The translations under genes and the position numbers were made by a program. The notes beneath the pieces are model-generated. The model was given only the letters and a program-made list of their open reading frames with translations, did not search any database and was not told the origin of the DNA. A DNA stretch of 63,342 nucleotides, the filler included, from Myxococcota bacterium (lineage in GTDB: Bacteria > Myxococcota > Myxococcia > Myxococcales > Myxococcaceae), in NCBI GenBank assembly GCA_049322255.1. It is 3 parts of 3 records of this genome, joined end to end, with 100 filler letters (N's around TTAATTAATTAA, not from the genome) between each part and the next. Parts side by side here need not be neighbours in the genome. Positions count along the whole stretch, not along the records: positions 1 to 24,826 come from JBMORE010000058.1; 2 more parts are not named here. One strand, given 5' to 3'. Each line of letters opens with the position of its first letter. The first letter of the stretch is position 1. Below are positions 9,577 to 18,962 of this stretch, piece after piece.

Positions 9577-9621
9577 TCCATTCGCCCGTAAACGTCCATC
9601 GTTGCGCTAGGCTTTCGGTGC

Positions 9622-10287
9622 GTGATTGAGGTCCTCTTCTTCGCCGACCGCGCGGTGAAGCAGAAGCTGTTCGAGCGGGTGAGCGCCCCGCCCAAGCCCC
9701 TGCTCGTCACCGCCGTGCGCCACGCCCCCACCATGAGGCCCGCCGGCGAGCGCGAGCCCTTCGCCTCCCTGGAGCGCGACTTCGGCGAGCTCTTGGATCA
9801 GCTCCTTCTTGCCGACGAAGGAGATGTGGAGGGCATGTGGCGCGACCCGATGGGAGACTTGGCCGACGCCCTCTTTCCCCACGACCGCCGCCAAGCCTAC
9901 GCCGCCGCCTGTGGGTACCTTCTGCTCGGCCAAGGAGCGGTGCTCGCCGTGGTGGGGAAGCGCTCCCTCGAAGACGACCGCGTGCGATTGCAGCAAGCCC
10001 TCGCCGACGTCGACGTGCGCGTGCCCCCTCCCAGCGTTCGCCCGAAAAAGAAAGCGGAGCCACCGCCCTCGCCCAAGCCGCTCCCCAAAGACCCCTACGC
10101 CCTTCTGGGCATCGCCCGTGACGCCAGCCCCCACGCGGCGAAGAAGGCTTTTCATGCGCTCATCGCCCAGTATCACCCGGACAAGGTGAGCCACCTGGCG
10201 CCCGAGTTCCGCGAGCTGGCCGAGCTGCGCACCCGGCAAATCCTCGCCGCCTGGGAGGAGATTTGCTCCGAGCTCGGCCTTTGTTGA
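9622..10287 (+). CDS. C-terminal J-domain (DnaJ-like) protein
   Basis: DPYALLGI...KKAFHALIAQYHPDKV with the HPD motif. Confidence 0.85.
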   Translation: MIEVLFFADRAVKQKLFERVSAPPKPLLVTAVRHAPTMRPAGEREPFASLERDFGELLDQLLLADEGDVEGMWRDPMGDLADALFPHDRRQAYAAACGYLLLGQGAVLAVVGKRSLEDDRVRLQQALADVDVRVPPPSVRPKKKAEPPPSPKPLPKDPYALLGIARDASPHAAKKAFHALIAQYHPDKVSHLAPEFRELAELRTRQILAAWEEICSELGLC

Positions 10288-10312
10288 CAAGGTAGCTTCC
10301 GGTAGCTACTTT
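10284..10312 (+). promoter_or_regulatory. Sigma70-type promoter with tandem TA operator boxes
   Basis: TTGACA (10284) - 17 nt - TACTTT (10307). Boxes GGTAGCTTCC and GGTAGCTACT contain the GTAGCTAC palindrome. GTG start follows 6 nt later, implying a leaderless transcript. Confidence 0.7.
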
Positions 10313-10318
10313 CTGTTC

Positions 10319-10606
10319 GTGCGCGCGGTGGGCCTCAAAGTGCTCAAGAACAAGCTGGCCGAGTATGTCCGGCTGGCGGCCGGCGGCGAAACCGTGCTGG
10401 TGACCGACCGCGACCGGGTGGTGGCCGAGCTCTGCCCGCCTAAGGCCGGCCGAGCCGAGCTGCTCGCCGACGTGCAGCTTGCCGACATGGTGCGACGGGG
10501 GGTGATTGCTCCACCGACACATCCCCGGGGACCGCCGCCGCGCCGGCCCGTTGCACCCACCGAGGAGATATTGGCTGAGCTCTCCGCCGACCGCGACGCG
10601 CGATGA
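10319..10606 (+). CDS. Phd/YefM family antitoxin
   Basis: VGLKVLKNKLAEYVRLAAGGETVLVTDRDRVVAEL; ATGA overlap with the PIN toxin. Confidence 0.88.
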   Translation: MRAVGLKVLKNKLAEYVRLAAGGETVLVTDRDRVVAELCPPKAGRAELLADVQLADMVRRGVIAPPTHPRGPPPRRPVAPTEEILAELSADRDAR

Positions 10607-10998
10607 TTTACCTCGACACCTCGGTCGCGCTGGCTCACTTGCTGGGAGAGACGCTCCGCCCGCCCGCGACGCTCTGGGACGAAACGCTGATTGCCAGCCG
10701 CCTTCTGCAGTACGAGCTGATGTGCCGGGTGAACGGCCGCGGGCTGAGCACCTCCCACGGCGAGGACGCTCGGCAGCTGGTGGGCAGGGTCGCGCTGGTG
10801 GAGTTGGCTCCCGTCGTCCTCGAACGGGCGCTCGAGCACTTTCCGTTCGTGGTTCGAACGCTGGACGCGATTCACCTCGCCACCATGGCGTTCCTGCGCT
10901 CCCAAGGGCACGCTTTGCGCTTGGCGAGCTACGATGACCGCTTGCTGGCAGGGGCAGCCTCGCTCGGTGTCCCTGCCTTGGATGGCCTGAATGCCTAA
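10603..10998 (+). CDS. vapC: PIN-domain (VapC-like) toxin
   Basis: Motifs MIYLDTSV and RTLDAIHLAT. Confidence 0.88.
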   Translation: MIYLDTSVALAHLLGETLRPPATLWDETLIASRLLQYELMCRVNGRGLSTSHGEDARQLVGRVALVELAPVVLERALEHFPFVVRTLDAIHLATMAFLRSQGHALRLASYDDRLLAGAASLGVPALDGLNA

Positions 10999-11013
10999 CG
11001 GAAGGGGGCCTGC

Positions 11014-12609
11014 GTGAAACTGCTTCGTCTGTCTTGCGTGCTGTCCGTCTTGGTGTGGGGAGCGGCCTGCGACTGCAGGGGAACGCCCCCGGTGGGCAGT
11101 GACGGAGGCATCGACGAAGACGCCGGCGGGGGGCCCCTCGACGCCGGCACCTGCGGCGACCGCGCCATCAACGCCGGCGAGGACTGCGACGACGGCAACG
11201 CCACCGCGGGAGACGGCTGCGACACCTCCTGTCACCGCGAGGCGTCTTCCAGCTGCGGCAATTCCACGGTGGAGTACGCCCGCTTCGAGGAGTGTGACGA
11301 TGGCAACACCGCCTCAGGCGACGGCTGCGACGCCCAGTGCCGGCGCGAGAAGGCCGCCTCGTGCGGCGACGGCACCTTGAACCTCGCTCAAGGCGAGCAG
11401 TGCGACGACACCAACACCCTGCCTGGAGATGGCTGCAGCTCCTCCTGCCAGTTCGAGACGGTGGGCGCCTTTTGCGGCGACAAGCAGCTCGACCCCCAAG
11501 AGAAGTGCGACGACGGCAACACCTCCAATGGCGACAGCTGCAACCCGACCTGCAACTTCAACAACACCACCGTGCTCTTTTTGGGCACTCCAGGCGACGC
11601 GGGGTTTGCCGACGGGCCGGCATCCTCCGCGCAGCTGGGCGGGTTGGGGGTCCTCACCGCCGACGACAAGTACCTGTGGCTGGCCGACGGGCCCAACCAT
11701 GTGGTGCGGCAAATCAACATCGCCTCCGCCACGGTGGCCACCATCGCCGGGAGCGCCGACGGCGGCGCTGCTTTCGTCGACGACCCCAACGGCGTGAATG
11801 CCCGCTTCGGGGGAATCGAAGCCATCACCACCGACGGCACCACGGTGTGGGTGGCCGACCAAGGCCGGGTGCGCGCCATCGGAGCCGCCGCACCACATCC
11901 CGTCTCCACCGTGGCCGGCCAGGGGCCCGGAGGCACCTACAGCGCCGGCAACGGCCTCAACGCGCGCTTCGACGACTTGCGCGGCCTCACCTACTTCGCC
12001 GGGCGGGTGTACTTCGTCGACGCCAACGCGGGCGTCCTGGGCGCCTTCGACCTCTCTACCGGTGACGTCACCACCCTCGCCGGCACGCCGTACACCACCG
12101 CCTGCCCGCCGCAGGGGACGCCGACGGACGGCGTGGGCGCCGCGGCCACCTTCTGCAGCCCTCGTTACATGGCGTCGGACAACTCGGGGATGCTCTACAT
12201 CGCCGACACCAACGGCAACACCATACGCTCCTACAACACCGTGACGAGGGCGGTGGGCACCTTCGCCGGCACCGGAAGTTGCGGCTACCTCGATGGTGTC
12301 GGCACCGCCGCCGCCGTCCACCGCCCGCGCGGGATGACCTCCGACGGCACCAGCCTCTACTGGGTGGAGTTCAACGCCCACACCCTTCGCCAAGGAGTCC
12401 TTTCCACCCAGGCAGTGAGCACCATGCTCGGCACCGCGCCAGCTTGCACCGCCACCTGCACCTGCAGCCCAGCGCCGGCAGGCAGCTACGCAGAGGGGCG
12501 GGGAGCAGCGGCGGGGCTAGCCTTCCCCTTCAGCGTCGCCTACCACTTCCCCTCGCGCTCGCTCTTCTTCGTGGACAGCGGCAACGCCGTCATCCGGCGT
12601 TCGTTCTAG
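11014..12609 (+). CDS. Lipoprotein with myxobacterial cysteine-rich repeats (DUF4215-like) and NHL-repeat propeller
   Basis: Signal ending AACDC; four E-x-CDD[GT]N...GD[GS]C...C repeats; NHL-like units (LYIADTNGNTIR, DGVGAAATF). Confidence 0.85.
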   Translation: MKLLRLSCVLSVLVWGAACDCRGTPPVGSDGGIDEDAGGGPLDAGTCGDRAINAGEDCDDGNATAGDGCDTSCHREASSSCGNSTVEYARFEECDDGNTASGDGCDAQCRREKAASCGDGTLNLAQGEQCDDTNTLPGDGCSSSCQFETVGAFCGDKQLDPQEKCDDGNTSNGDSCNPTCNFNNTTVLFLGTPGDAGFADGPASSAQLGGLGVLTADDKYLWLADGPNHVVRQINIASATVATIAGSADGGAAFVDDPNGVNARFGGIEAITTDGTTVWVADQGRVRAIGAAAPHPVSTVAGQGPGGTYSAGNGLNARFDDLRGLTYFAGRVYFVDANAGVLGAFDLSTGDVTTLAGTPYTTACPPQGTPTDGVGAAATFCSPRYMASDNSGMLYIADTNGNTIRSYNTVTRAVGTFAGTGSCGYLDGVGTAAAVHRPRGMTSDGTSLYWVEFNAHTLRQGVLSTQAVSTMLGTAPACTATCTCSPAPAGSYAEGRGAAAGLAFPFSVAYHFPSRSLFFVDSGNAVIRRSF

Positions 12610-15020
12610 ACGCCCCGGGCGCTGCGTCGGCGGCGAAGCGCCCCCAGCAAGGCGAGCAGGCCGAGCGCCGCCCCACCCCCCGTGCCGCAGCCACACCCCG
12701 GGGGCACCGGCCCTTGAGCCACGGCATCCTCGGAGAGAGCGGACACGGCGATGGGCTCGGGCGGCGTCGGTTCTTGCGGCGGGACCGGCGCCGGACACGC
12801 ATCGGCCTCTTCATAAGAGAAGCCCAACTCGGTGAGCGCGCGCCCCCGGCCCGAGTTGCCCGCCACGGTGAAGTACAGCTCACCGCCGCACGGCACCTCG
12901 ATGGGCACGGTGGCGCTCATTCGTCCTTGGGAGACGGTGGGCACCAAGGTGACGTCGGCGTCGTGCGTCAGGCCGCTGCCGCTTCGAGTGAAGGTGATGG
13001 GATTGTCTTTCTTGGCCATCACCGTCACCCGCACCGTCCCGGTGCCGAACGTCTGGTAGGGGCCGGTGAGGGTCAGGCTCTTGGCCCCGGTGGGGACGGA
13101 GAGCTTCATCTGGTAGGGCCCCGGCACCAGCGAGCCCTGAGTCACCCCCGCCTCCATCGAGCCGGGCACGTAGTAGTACTGCCGGGGGGCGCGGTCGTTG
13201 GTGACGTCGACAATCTTCGAGCAGCCCAAGACGCCGCGGGCGGTGAACAGGGCCTCGAGTTTTTCGCGAGCGTCGGCGACGCTGGGGAAGGCCGCCTCCA
13301 CCTGGGTGATGAGGGCCGCTCCCAGAGAGTCGAAGGTGGCGTTGGGGGCTTGCGAGACCAGCGCGGCGTAGAAGGCGGCGTCGAAGGTGCGCCCCTGGTC
13401 GCTCCCAAGAAAGTCTTTGCGCGCGTCCCACACCGCTCCGGAGAAGAAGCGGCCGTCCTGGTGCGACTCGCCCCACAAGGAGTCAGGACACACCAAGTCC
13501 TCCTCGATGTCCCGAATGGAGTTGCCGGTACCGGTGCGGGGGCCGACGTAGGCACCCACCTTGGGGTCTTGCCCCAGGAAAGCGGCGAGGATGTCGGCGA
13601 TGCCCTCGTGAAGCGCTCCGCCCACCCCGAGCGCCGAGCGTGAGTCGACGGTGACGCCCCAGGAGAAGTTGGCGGTGGCGTAGATGGCTCCGTGGCCGAA
13701 CTCGTGCCACAGCACCGGCCCGTCGTAGGCGAAGTCGGCTTTGTCGCCCTGGTAGATGAGCAGGGTGTCGACGTCGAGCGCGTACTCGGGCACCACCATC
13801 GAGTCCATGCCTTCCACCGGGAGGAAGGCGGCATTGTCCGTGCGATAGAGGTTATTGCCCACCAGCACGCCCTGCGCGTTCTGCTGCGCGCTGTAGAAGT
13901 CGGGCATGGTGGCGTTGGTCCACACCGCCGGTTTCTTCCCCTTCTTCTCGTCGCGCATCTGGAAGGCGGGCAAGGTGGTGGGCCCCTGGGTAGAGAGGGA
14001 GCGGAGGAAGTCGTAGACGTAATTGATGTGGTGGTAGGCGTGCACTTCGGCAAACTCATCGGAGTCGGCCGGCTCGCTCGAGGACACCTGGCCCGAGGTG
14101 GGCGGGTCCACTGGGGAGTAAACGTAGTCCCCCGAAGCGTGCACCTGGGGGTCGTTGGTGGCCCGCTGACGGCGGTCGCAGATGGCCACGTCGTATGGAA
14201 TGTCGCCCTGGAAGCCCTGGAAGGTGCCCGTGACCCGCTTGGCGGGAGCACCAGCCACGCAACCCTCGCTGGGGCAGCAGTTGTAGACGGTGAGCTGATC
14301 TCCCTCGAGGAAGCCGCCCGCCCGGGTGGGTACCAGATGCTGGAGCGTCACCTCCACCGTGGGGGTGACGCCAACTCCACCCGAGAGCCCGCCGGGGCTG
14401 GGGGCGTACACCTGCGCTGTGTCTGCATGGTGCACCCGGTTCTGGGTGAAGAGGACCGTGCCGGTGGTGGCATCGACCCCTGCGTACCAGTTCTCATCCG
14501 GCCGCACGTGGACGAGGCGCACCAAGTACCCGGCGTGCACCTCCTCGCCCACCCGGAAGTAACGGCGCGCCGTGCCACCATAAGGAAGGCCGTCGGGCCG
14601 TAACGTCGCCCCCTCCACCTCGCGCGCGGCCAGCCGGAGCGCCTCCTCAGACGACACTTTCCACGCGCTCACCGAGCGCCGGTAGGGCACCGCGCTGGAG
14701 GAAAGCAGCACCACCCGCCGAGCGGTGTCGACCGTCACCACCACCTCGGCGTCCTGCACCGGCACCCCCTCCACCAGCTGCGCAAACCGCAGCGAGCCGC
14801 CGAAGCGGGTGCCCAAGGCATGGGCCGGGCCCAGGGTGGAAGTCAAAGGGAGCCCCAGCTGGCTACGCCGCGACAGCGCGAAGGCGCGGGCGGCCTCGGT
14901 CAACTCTCCCGTCAGCGGCGCGGAGAGAGCGCCGGCGGCGAAGGTGAGCGGCCCTTGCGGAGTGGCGCGAATCTCCATCGCGGGGGCGGCGGCGAGCACG
15001 AGCGGAAGCAGAGCGAGCAT
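12606..15020 (-). CDS. MYXO-CTERM (myxosortase-dependent) M4/M36-like zinc metalloprotease
   Basis: Signal peptide and FTP/PepSY-like propeptide; HEFGH zinc motif with third ligand ALHEGIAD; C-terminal GCGC + TM + RRRR. Paralog of 60681-63230. Confidence 0.88.
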   Translation of the reverse strand: MLALLPLVLAAAPAMEIRATPQGPLTFAAGALSAPLTGELTEAARAFALSRRSQLGLPLTSTLGPAHALGTRFGGSLRFAQLVEGVPVQDAEVVVTVDTARRVVLLSSSAVPYRRSVSAWKVSSEEALRLAAREVEGATLRPDGLPYGGTARRYFRVGEEVHAGYLVRLVHVRPDENWYAGVDATTGTVLFTQNRVHHADTAQVYAPSPGGLSGGVGVTPTVEVTLQHLVPTRAGGFLEGDQLTVYNCCPSEGCVAGAPAKRVTGTFQGFQGDIPYDVAICDRRQRATNDPQVHASGDYVYSPVDPPTSGQVSSSEPADSDEFAEVHAYHHINYVYDFLRSLSTQGPTTLPAFQMRDEKKGKKPAVWTNATMPDFYSAQQNAQGVLVGNNLYRTDNAAFLPVEGMDSMVVPEYALDVDTLLIYQGDKADFAYDGPVLWHEFGHGAIYATANFSWGVTVDSRSALGVGGALHEGIADILAAFLGQDPKVGAYVGPRTGTGNSIRDIEEDLVCPDSLWGESHQDGRFFSGAVWDARKDFLGSDQGRTFDAAFYAALVSQAPNATFDSLGAALITQVEAAFPSVADAREKLEALFTARGVLGCSKIVDVTNDRAPRQYYYVPGSMEAGVTQGSLVPGPYQMKLSVPTGAKSLTLTGPYQTFGTGTVRVTVMAKKDNPITFTRSGSGLTHDADVTLVPTVSQGRMSATVPIEVPCGGELYFTVAGNSGRGRALTELGFSYEEADACPAPVPPQEPTPPEPIAVSALSEDAVAQGPVPPGCGCGTGGGAALGLLALLGALRRRRSARGV

Positions 15021-15215
15021 GATGACTCCAGTGGCGCGAAAGCGGCTCCTTGCGCGCCCGGACAGCAAACGAGGCTGCGTGCATCGCCCATCTTCCGGCT
15101 GGGCGTCAAGTGGCGGCCGTCGACCAGGACACAGCTCACCGTACCTTCAGGCCAACTGGCGCTCGCCCAGAGAGGTCCCACCCTTGGCGCCCAACCGTCA
15201 CCAAGGAGAACCGCC

Positions 15216-16148
15216 ATGAAATTCCGCCGCGTCGCCGTTGCTGTGGTGGCTGTCATGCTGGGATCGGGGTGGGCCTGGGCCCAGGCCCGACCTCAGCCGA
15301 AGCCCTCCATCGCGCCCGCCACCACCCAGAAGGCCTTCCAGGAGATGCAGAAAACCCTCGGGCTGGTGCCCCGCATGTTCCAGGTGCTGCCGGAAAACGC
15401 CGTTCCAGGAGCCTGGCGCGACTTCCAGACGGTGGAGCTGTCGAACAAGACCGCCCTTTCTCCCAAGTACAAAGAGCTCATCGGCCTGGCGGTGGCGGCC
15501 CAGGTGCCGTGCGACTACTGCACCTACTTTCACACCGAAGCGGCCAAAGCCAACGGAGCCACCTCGCGCGAGCTGAACGAAGCGCTCACCATCGGCGCGC
15601 TGGTGCGCAAGTGGAGCACGGTGCTCAACGGCGTCCAGCTGGACGTGGCCACCTTCCGTAAGGAAACGCAGCAGATGCTCTCCGCCGCGCCCAAAGAGCT
15701 GGGCCGGGGTGGAGCCCCGCCCGAGGTGACCGACGCGCAGAGCGCCTACAAGGACATGGAGCTCACTTGGGGGATGGTGCCCAGCTTCATGCGCGCCTAC
15801 CCGCAAGCGGGGGTGGCGGGCGCGTGGCAGGTGATGAAGGACTTCGAGATGAACCCCAACACCGCCCTTCCCCAAAAGTACAAGGAGCTCATCGGCCTGG
15901 GAGTGGCGGCGCAGATACCTTGTGACTACTGCACCTACTTCCACACCGAGGGGGCGAAGAAGCAAGGCGCCACCCCGCAGGAAATCTCCGAAGCCGTCGC
16001 GGTGGCTTCGCACACCCGTTTTTGGAGCACCATTCTCAACGGCGCTCAGGTCGACGAAACCGCCTTCCGCAAGGAGACGAACCAGATTCTCCAGCACCAG
16101 AAACGGCAGGCGGCAACGCCGGGCAAGCCCTCCACCGGGCAGAGGTAG
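15216..16148 (+). CDS. Secreted tandem carboxymuconolactone decarboxylase/AhpD-like protein
   Basis: RBS AAGGAG; signal peptide ending AWA-Q; two copies of KYKELIGL.VAAQ.PCDYCTYFH. Confidence 0.88.
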   Translation: MKFRRVAVAVVAVMLGSGWAWAQARPQPKPSIAPATTQKAFQEMQKTLGLVPRMFQVLPENAVPGAWRDFQTVELSNKTALSPKYKELIGLAVAAQVPCDYCTYFHTEAAKANGATSRELNEALTIGALVRKWSTVLNGVQLDVATFRKETQQMLSAAPKELGRGGAPPEVTDAQSAYKDMELTWGMVPSFMRAYPQAGVAGAWQVMKDFEMNPNTALPQKYKELIGLGVAAQIPCDYCTYFHTEGAKKQGATPQEISEAVAVASHTRFWSTILNGAQVDETAFRKETNQILQHQKRQAATPGKPSTGQR

Positions 16149-16250
16149 CTTCACGGAGCAGCCCAGGAGCTCGCTGATGGAGAAGCGGCGTGCAGGCCTA
16201 GGAGCAGTGGGGTAGCCTGGATCGAGTCCCGTTGAACGGGAGGCGGTCCG

Positions 16251-17786
16251 ATGAACATCCGAAAGCTCAAGAGGCTCGAGCAACAAGCGCTCCAGAACGA
16301 CCAGAAAATCACCCACGACGAGGTGAAGGACCTCGAGCGGGCGACCGGCCGGGGCTGGGTCCCCAGCAGCAACGAGAAACGAGAGCTGCGTGAGCTGCTG
16401 GAGCGCAACACCGCGCGCATCGACCCTTTGGCGCGCAGAGTCCTCGAGAAGGCAGCGGGGGTCGAGCCCTCGGCGGCCTCGGTGCCCCTGGCGGCCTCCG
16501 ACATCATTCGCACCTACCCCGGCAAGAGCACGGGCGCCCTCTCCGATGACTTGGTCTACCTGGGGGTGGATGGCACGGTGACCGGGACCGCCGACATCAG
16601 TCCGTACACCCGAGGCTATGCGGCGACCAAACAGGGCCCGCTGCGCACCGCCCACGGCTCTCCCGCCCCCGAGTCGACCGTGCTCTCGGCGGATGAGCTT
16701 TCCGCCTTGCGGGCACAGTCCCCCGGGGTGGCGCTGGACAACGCCGCCAAAGTCTTCGGGGCCAACGTCTCCGGCTTCGAAAAGCTCGCCAACTCGCCCA
16801 CGTTCTACAACCCAGACGCCGAGTCCTGGTGGGGCAAGTGTCACGCCTGGGGTTGGTCGTCGCTGAGCAACACCATCAACAAAGCGGTCGACGTCGAGGG
16901 TCCCGAAGGCAAGCGCGGCGTGTGGATTGGGGGCCAGTGGCTCTCCCGCGCCGACATGGGCAACTGGATGATGGGTGTCGCCGACAGCATCTCCCTCACC
17001 GACGAAAACCAGATGTTCAGGAGCGAGCTGAGCGCCGAGGACCTGGTCAAGGGCACCACTCAGTTCATGATGAACAACGGCGGCGGGGTGGTGGCCGACG
17101 TGTGGAACGACAAGAAGAACGGCCAAAAGCAGGTGTGGAACCAGCCGTTCGTGGCCGCGGACGTCACTGTCGAATCGATGAGCGGCCCCACGGCCGACGG
17201 GTTGCTGGCGAAGGCCCGCGCTGACGGGGTGGAGTTCGGCAGCAACGTCAAGCGCCTGGCCATTACCGGCCGCTACGGCCTGGAGGCGGGAGACGACCAC
17301 GAGAATGACCCAAGAATGGCCAACCGGAATTGGAACCTCTATGCCGTCACCGACGCGACGGGAAAGATGGTCAAGGCCTACATGGCCGACGACGAGAAGA
17401 TAAAGGACGTCCCTGGTCTGCCCGTCACCCACACCGACGAGGTTCCGGAGTACTTCTGGAAGCCCAAGCTCGACGCGGTGAACGACGTCTTGGCCGGCAA
17501 GAGAAACACCTTGGTCGAGCGCGACCCGCTGGGCGAAGAGTTCAAGTTCATGGTGGGAACCGTGCTGACCAAAGGAGTGCCGGGGAAAGTGCGCGACGCC
17601 TTCGAGGCGGAGGTACGCGAGCTCGCCGCCGGCCCCATCGACTCTGAGCGGGCGCAAACGCTGGCCGCCCGCTACCCCGGAGTGGCCAACGCGTACTCTC
17701 CCGAGCAGTGGGGGCGGGCGTTCGGCTCCCGCGGGCTCGACGCCAAGGCCTTCGGCGCCAGCTGGATGCCCGTCAACCCGAGCTGA
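16251..17786 (+). CDS. Transglutaminase-elicitor-like putative cysteine enzyme
   Basis: SWWGKCHAWGW and QVWNQP resemble the conserved motifs of the TGase-elicitor family; RBS GGAGG. Confidence 0.6.
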   Translation: MNIRKLKRLEQQALQNDQKITHDEVKDLERATGRGWVPSSNEKRELRELLERNTARIDPLARRVLEKAAGVEPSAASVPLAASDIIRTYPGKSTGALSDDLVYLGVDGTVTGTADISPYTRGYAATKQGPLRTAHGSPAPESTVLSADELSALRAQSPGVALDNAAKVFGANVSGFEKLANSPTFYNPDAESWWGKCHAWGWSSLSNTINKAVDVEGPEGKRGVWIGGQWLSRADMGNWMMGVADSISLTDENQMFRSELSAEDLVKGTTQFMMNNGGGVVADVWNDKKNGQKQVWNQPFVAADVTVESMSGPTADGLLAKARADGVEFGSNVKRLAITGRYGLEAGDDHENDPRMANRNWNLYAVTDATGKMVKAYMADDEKIKDVPGLPVTHTDEVPEYFWKPKLDAVNDVLAGKRNTLVERDPLGEEFKFMVGTVLTKGVPGKVRDAFEAEVRELAAGPIDSERAQTLAARYPGVANAYSPEQWGRAFGSRGLDAKAFGASWMPVNPS

Positions 17787-17795
17787 AGGCTGTCG

Positions 17796-18938
17796 TCACT
17801 TATCGGCGACGGCGATTCTCCCCCCTTGACCGACGACCACGATGCGAGGCCCGTCGCCAGCGATGGCGTTGGGACTGAAAGGCAGCATGCCGCTTGGCAT
17901 CCAGACGTCTCCGTCGCGGGAGGTGAAGCAAAGCTGATTGTTGGTGACAGCGACAAACTCGGCTCCGATCCAGGCCGCCCCGCGCACCGTCCCGTTGAGG
18001 TTCGACACCGCGAGTCGCCAAGTGTTGCCCGAATCGTTGGACCACATGACGGCACCCATTGGGCCGAACGCCACCACCTCGTTCAAACCAGCGACGACTT
18101 CGATAACGCTTCCGCTAAATCCGGGCGGCGGACCACGAAGAGTCCACCCAGGCGGCGTCAGTACGCCACTCCCTGCCGCGGCTGCCACGAATGATCCACC
18201 CGACTTCGTCAACGCGGTGATGGTGACGGTGGGGTCGAAATAATCCTGGACCCAGCCGGAACCAAAAGTCTGTCGCGTGAAGATGGTGGTGGAATGACTG
18301 AGATAGAACCTGTCCTGAAACGGCGACCAGATGATGTCGGTGACGTAACCGGGGGGCAGCCCTCCACCGACGTCTGTCCAGAAGTTGGTGGCTTGGTCCC
18401 ATAGAAACACCTCGGAGAGTGCCGCGCCCGGCTCCGAAAACACGACGACGACCCGGTTCAAACTAGCCAACGGGATGACGCCGTTGATGATGGGAAGGGT
18501 ACTCACACCCGCGGGAACCTGGACCGGCTGCCAGTTGAGACCGTCGGGTGACCTCAGGAGCGTCTGGGCACTTCCTCCGGCCCAGTAGCCACTCGAAGTC
18601 CCCTGGGCCTCCCAAACGACGACCCACAGGTCGGCGGTCGTGCTCTGCACCAACGTGAAGCTCAGCGGAGGCCGGCCCCCATCGATTCCTCCGTCTGTCC
18701 CTCCATCGACTCCCCCGTCGACGCCGGCATCGAAGTTCTCTCCCGCGTCGCTGCCCGCGTCTACCTCGCCGCCCGCATCCGGCGGCCCTGCGTCGACGCC
18801 CGCGTCTTCCGCGAGCTTTTCGCACGCACCGGTGGTGCTCCCGGTGTTGGCGCAGTACTGCCGTTCGAGCTCGTCAAAGTTCTCGCAGCCCAGGCAGCCG
18901 AGCGCAGCCACAAGCGTCGCTCTGAGAATCCTCTCCAC
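17796..18938 (-). CDS. Lipoprotein with DAG-rich linker and BNR/Asp-box beta-propeller
   Basis: Lipobox LGC; D-A-G repeats; Asp-boxes SPDGLNW, SNDSGNTW and SRDGDVW. Confidence 0.75.
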   Translation of the reverse strand: MERILRATLVAALGCLGCENFDELERQYCANTGSTTGACEKLAEDAGVDAGPPDAGGEVDAGSDAGENFDAGVDGGVDGGTDGGIDGGRPPLSFTLVQSTTADLWVVVWEAQGTSSGYWAGGSAQTLLRSPDGLNWQPVQVPAGVSTLPIINGVIPLASLNRVVVVFSEPGAALSEVFLWDQATNFWTDVGGGLPPGYVTDIIWSPFQDRFYLSHSTTIFTRQTFGSGWVQDYFDPTVTITALTKSGGSFVAAAAGSGVLTPPGWTLRGPPPGFSGSVIEVVAGLNEVVAFGPMGAVMWSNDSGNTWRLAVSNLNGTVRGAAWIGAEFVAVTNNQLCFTSRDGDVWMPSGMLPFSPNAIAGDGPRIVVVGQGGRIAVADK

Positions 18939-18962
18939 GCAGCCATGCTACCCGGAAGCAGA

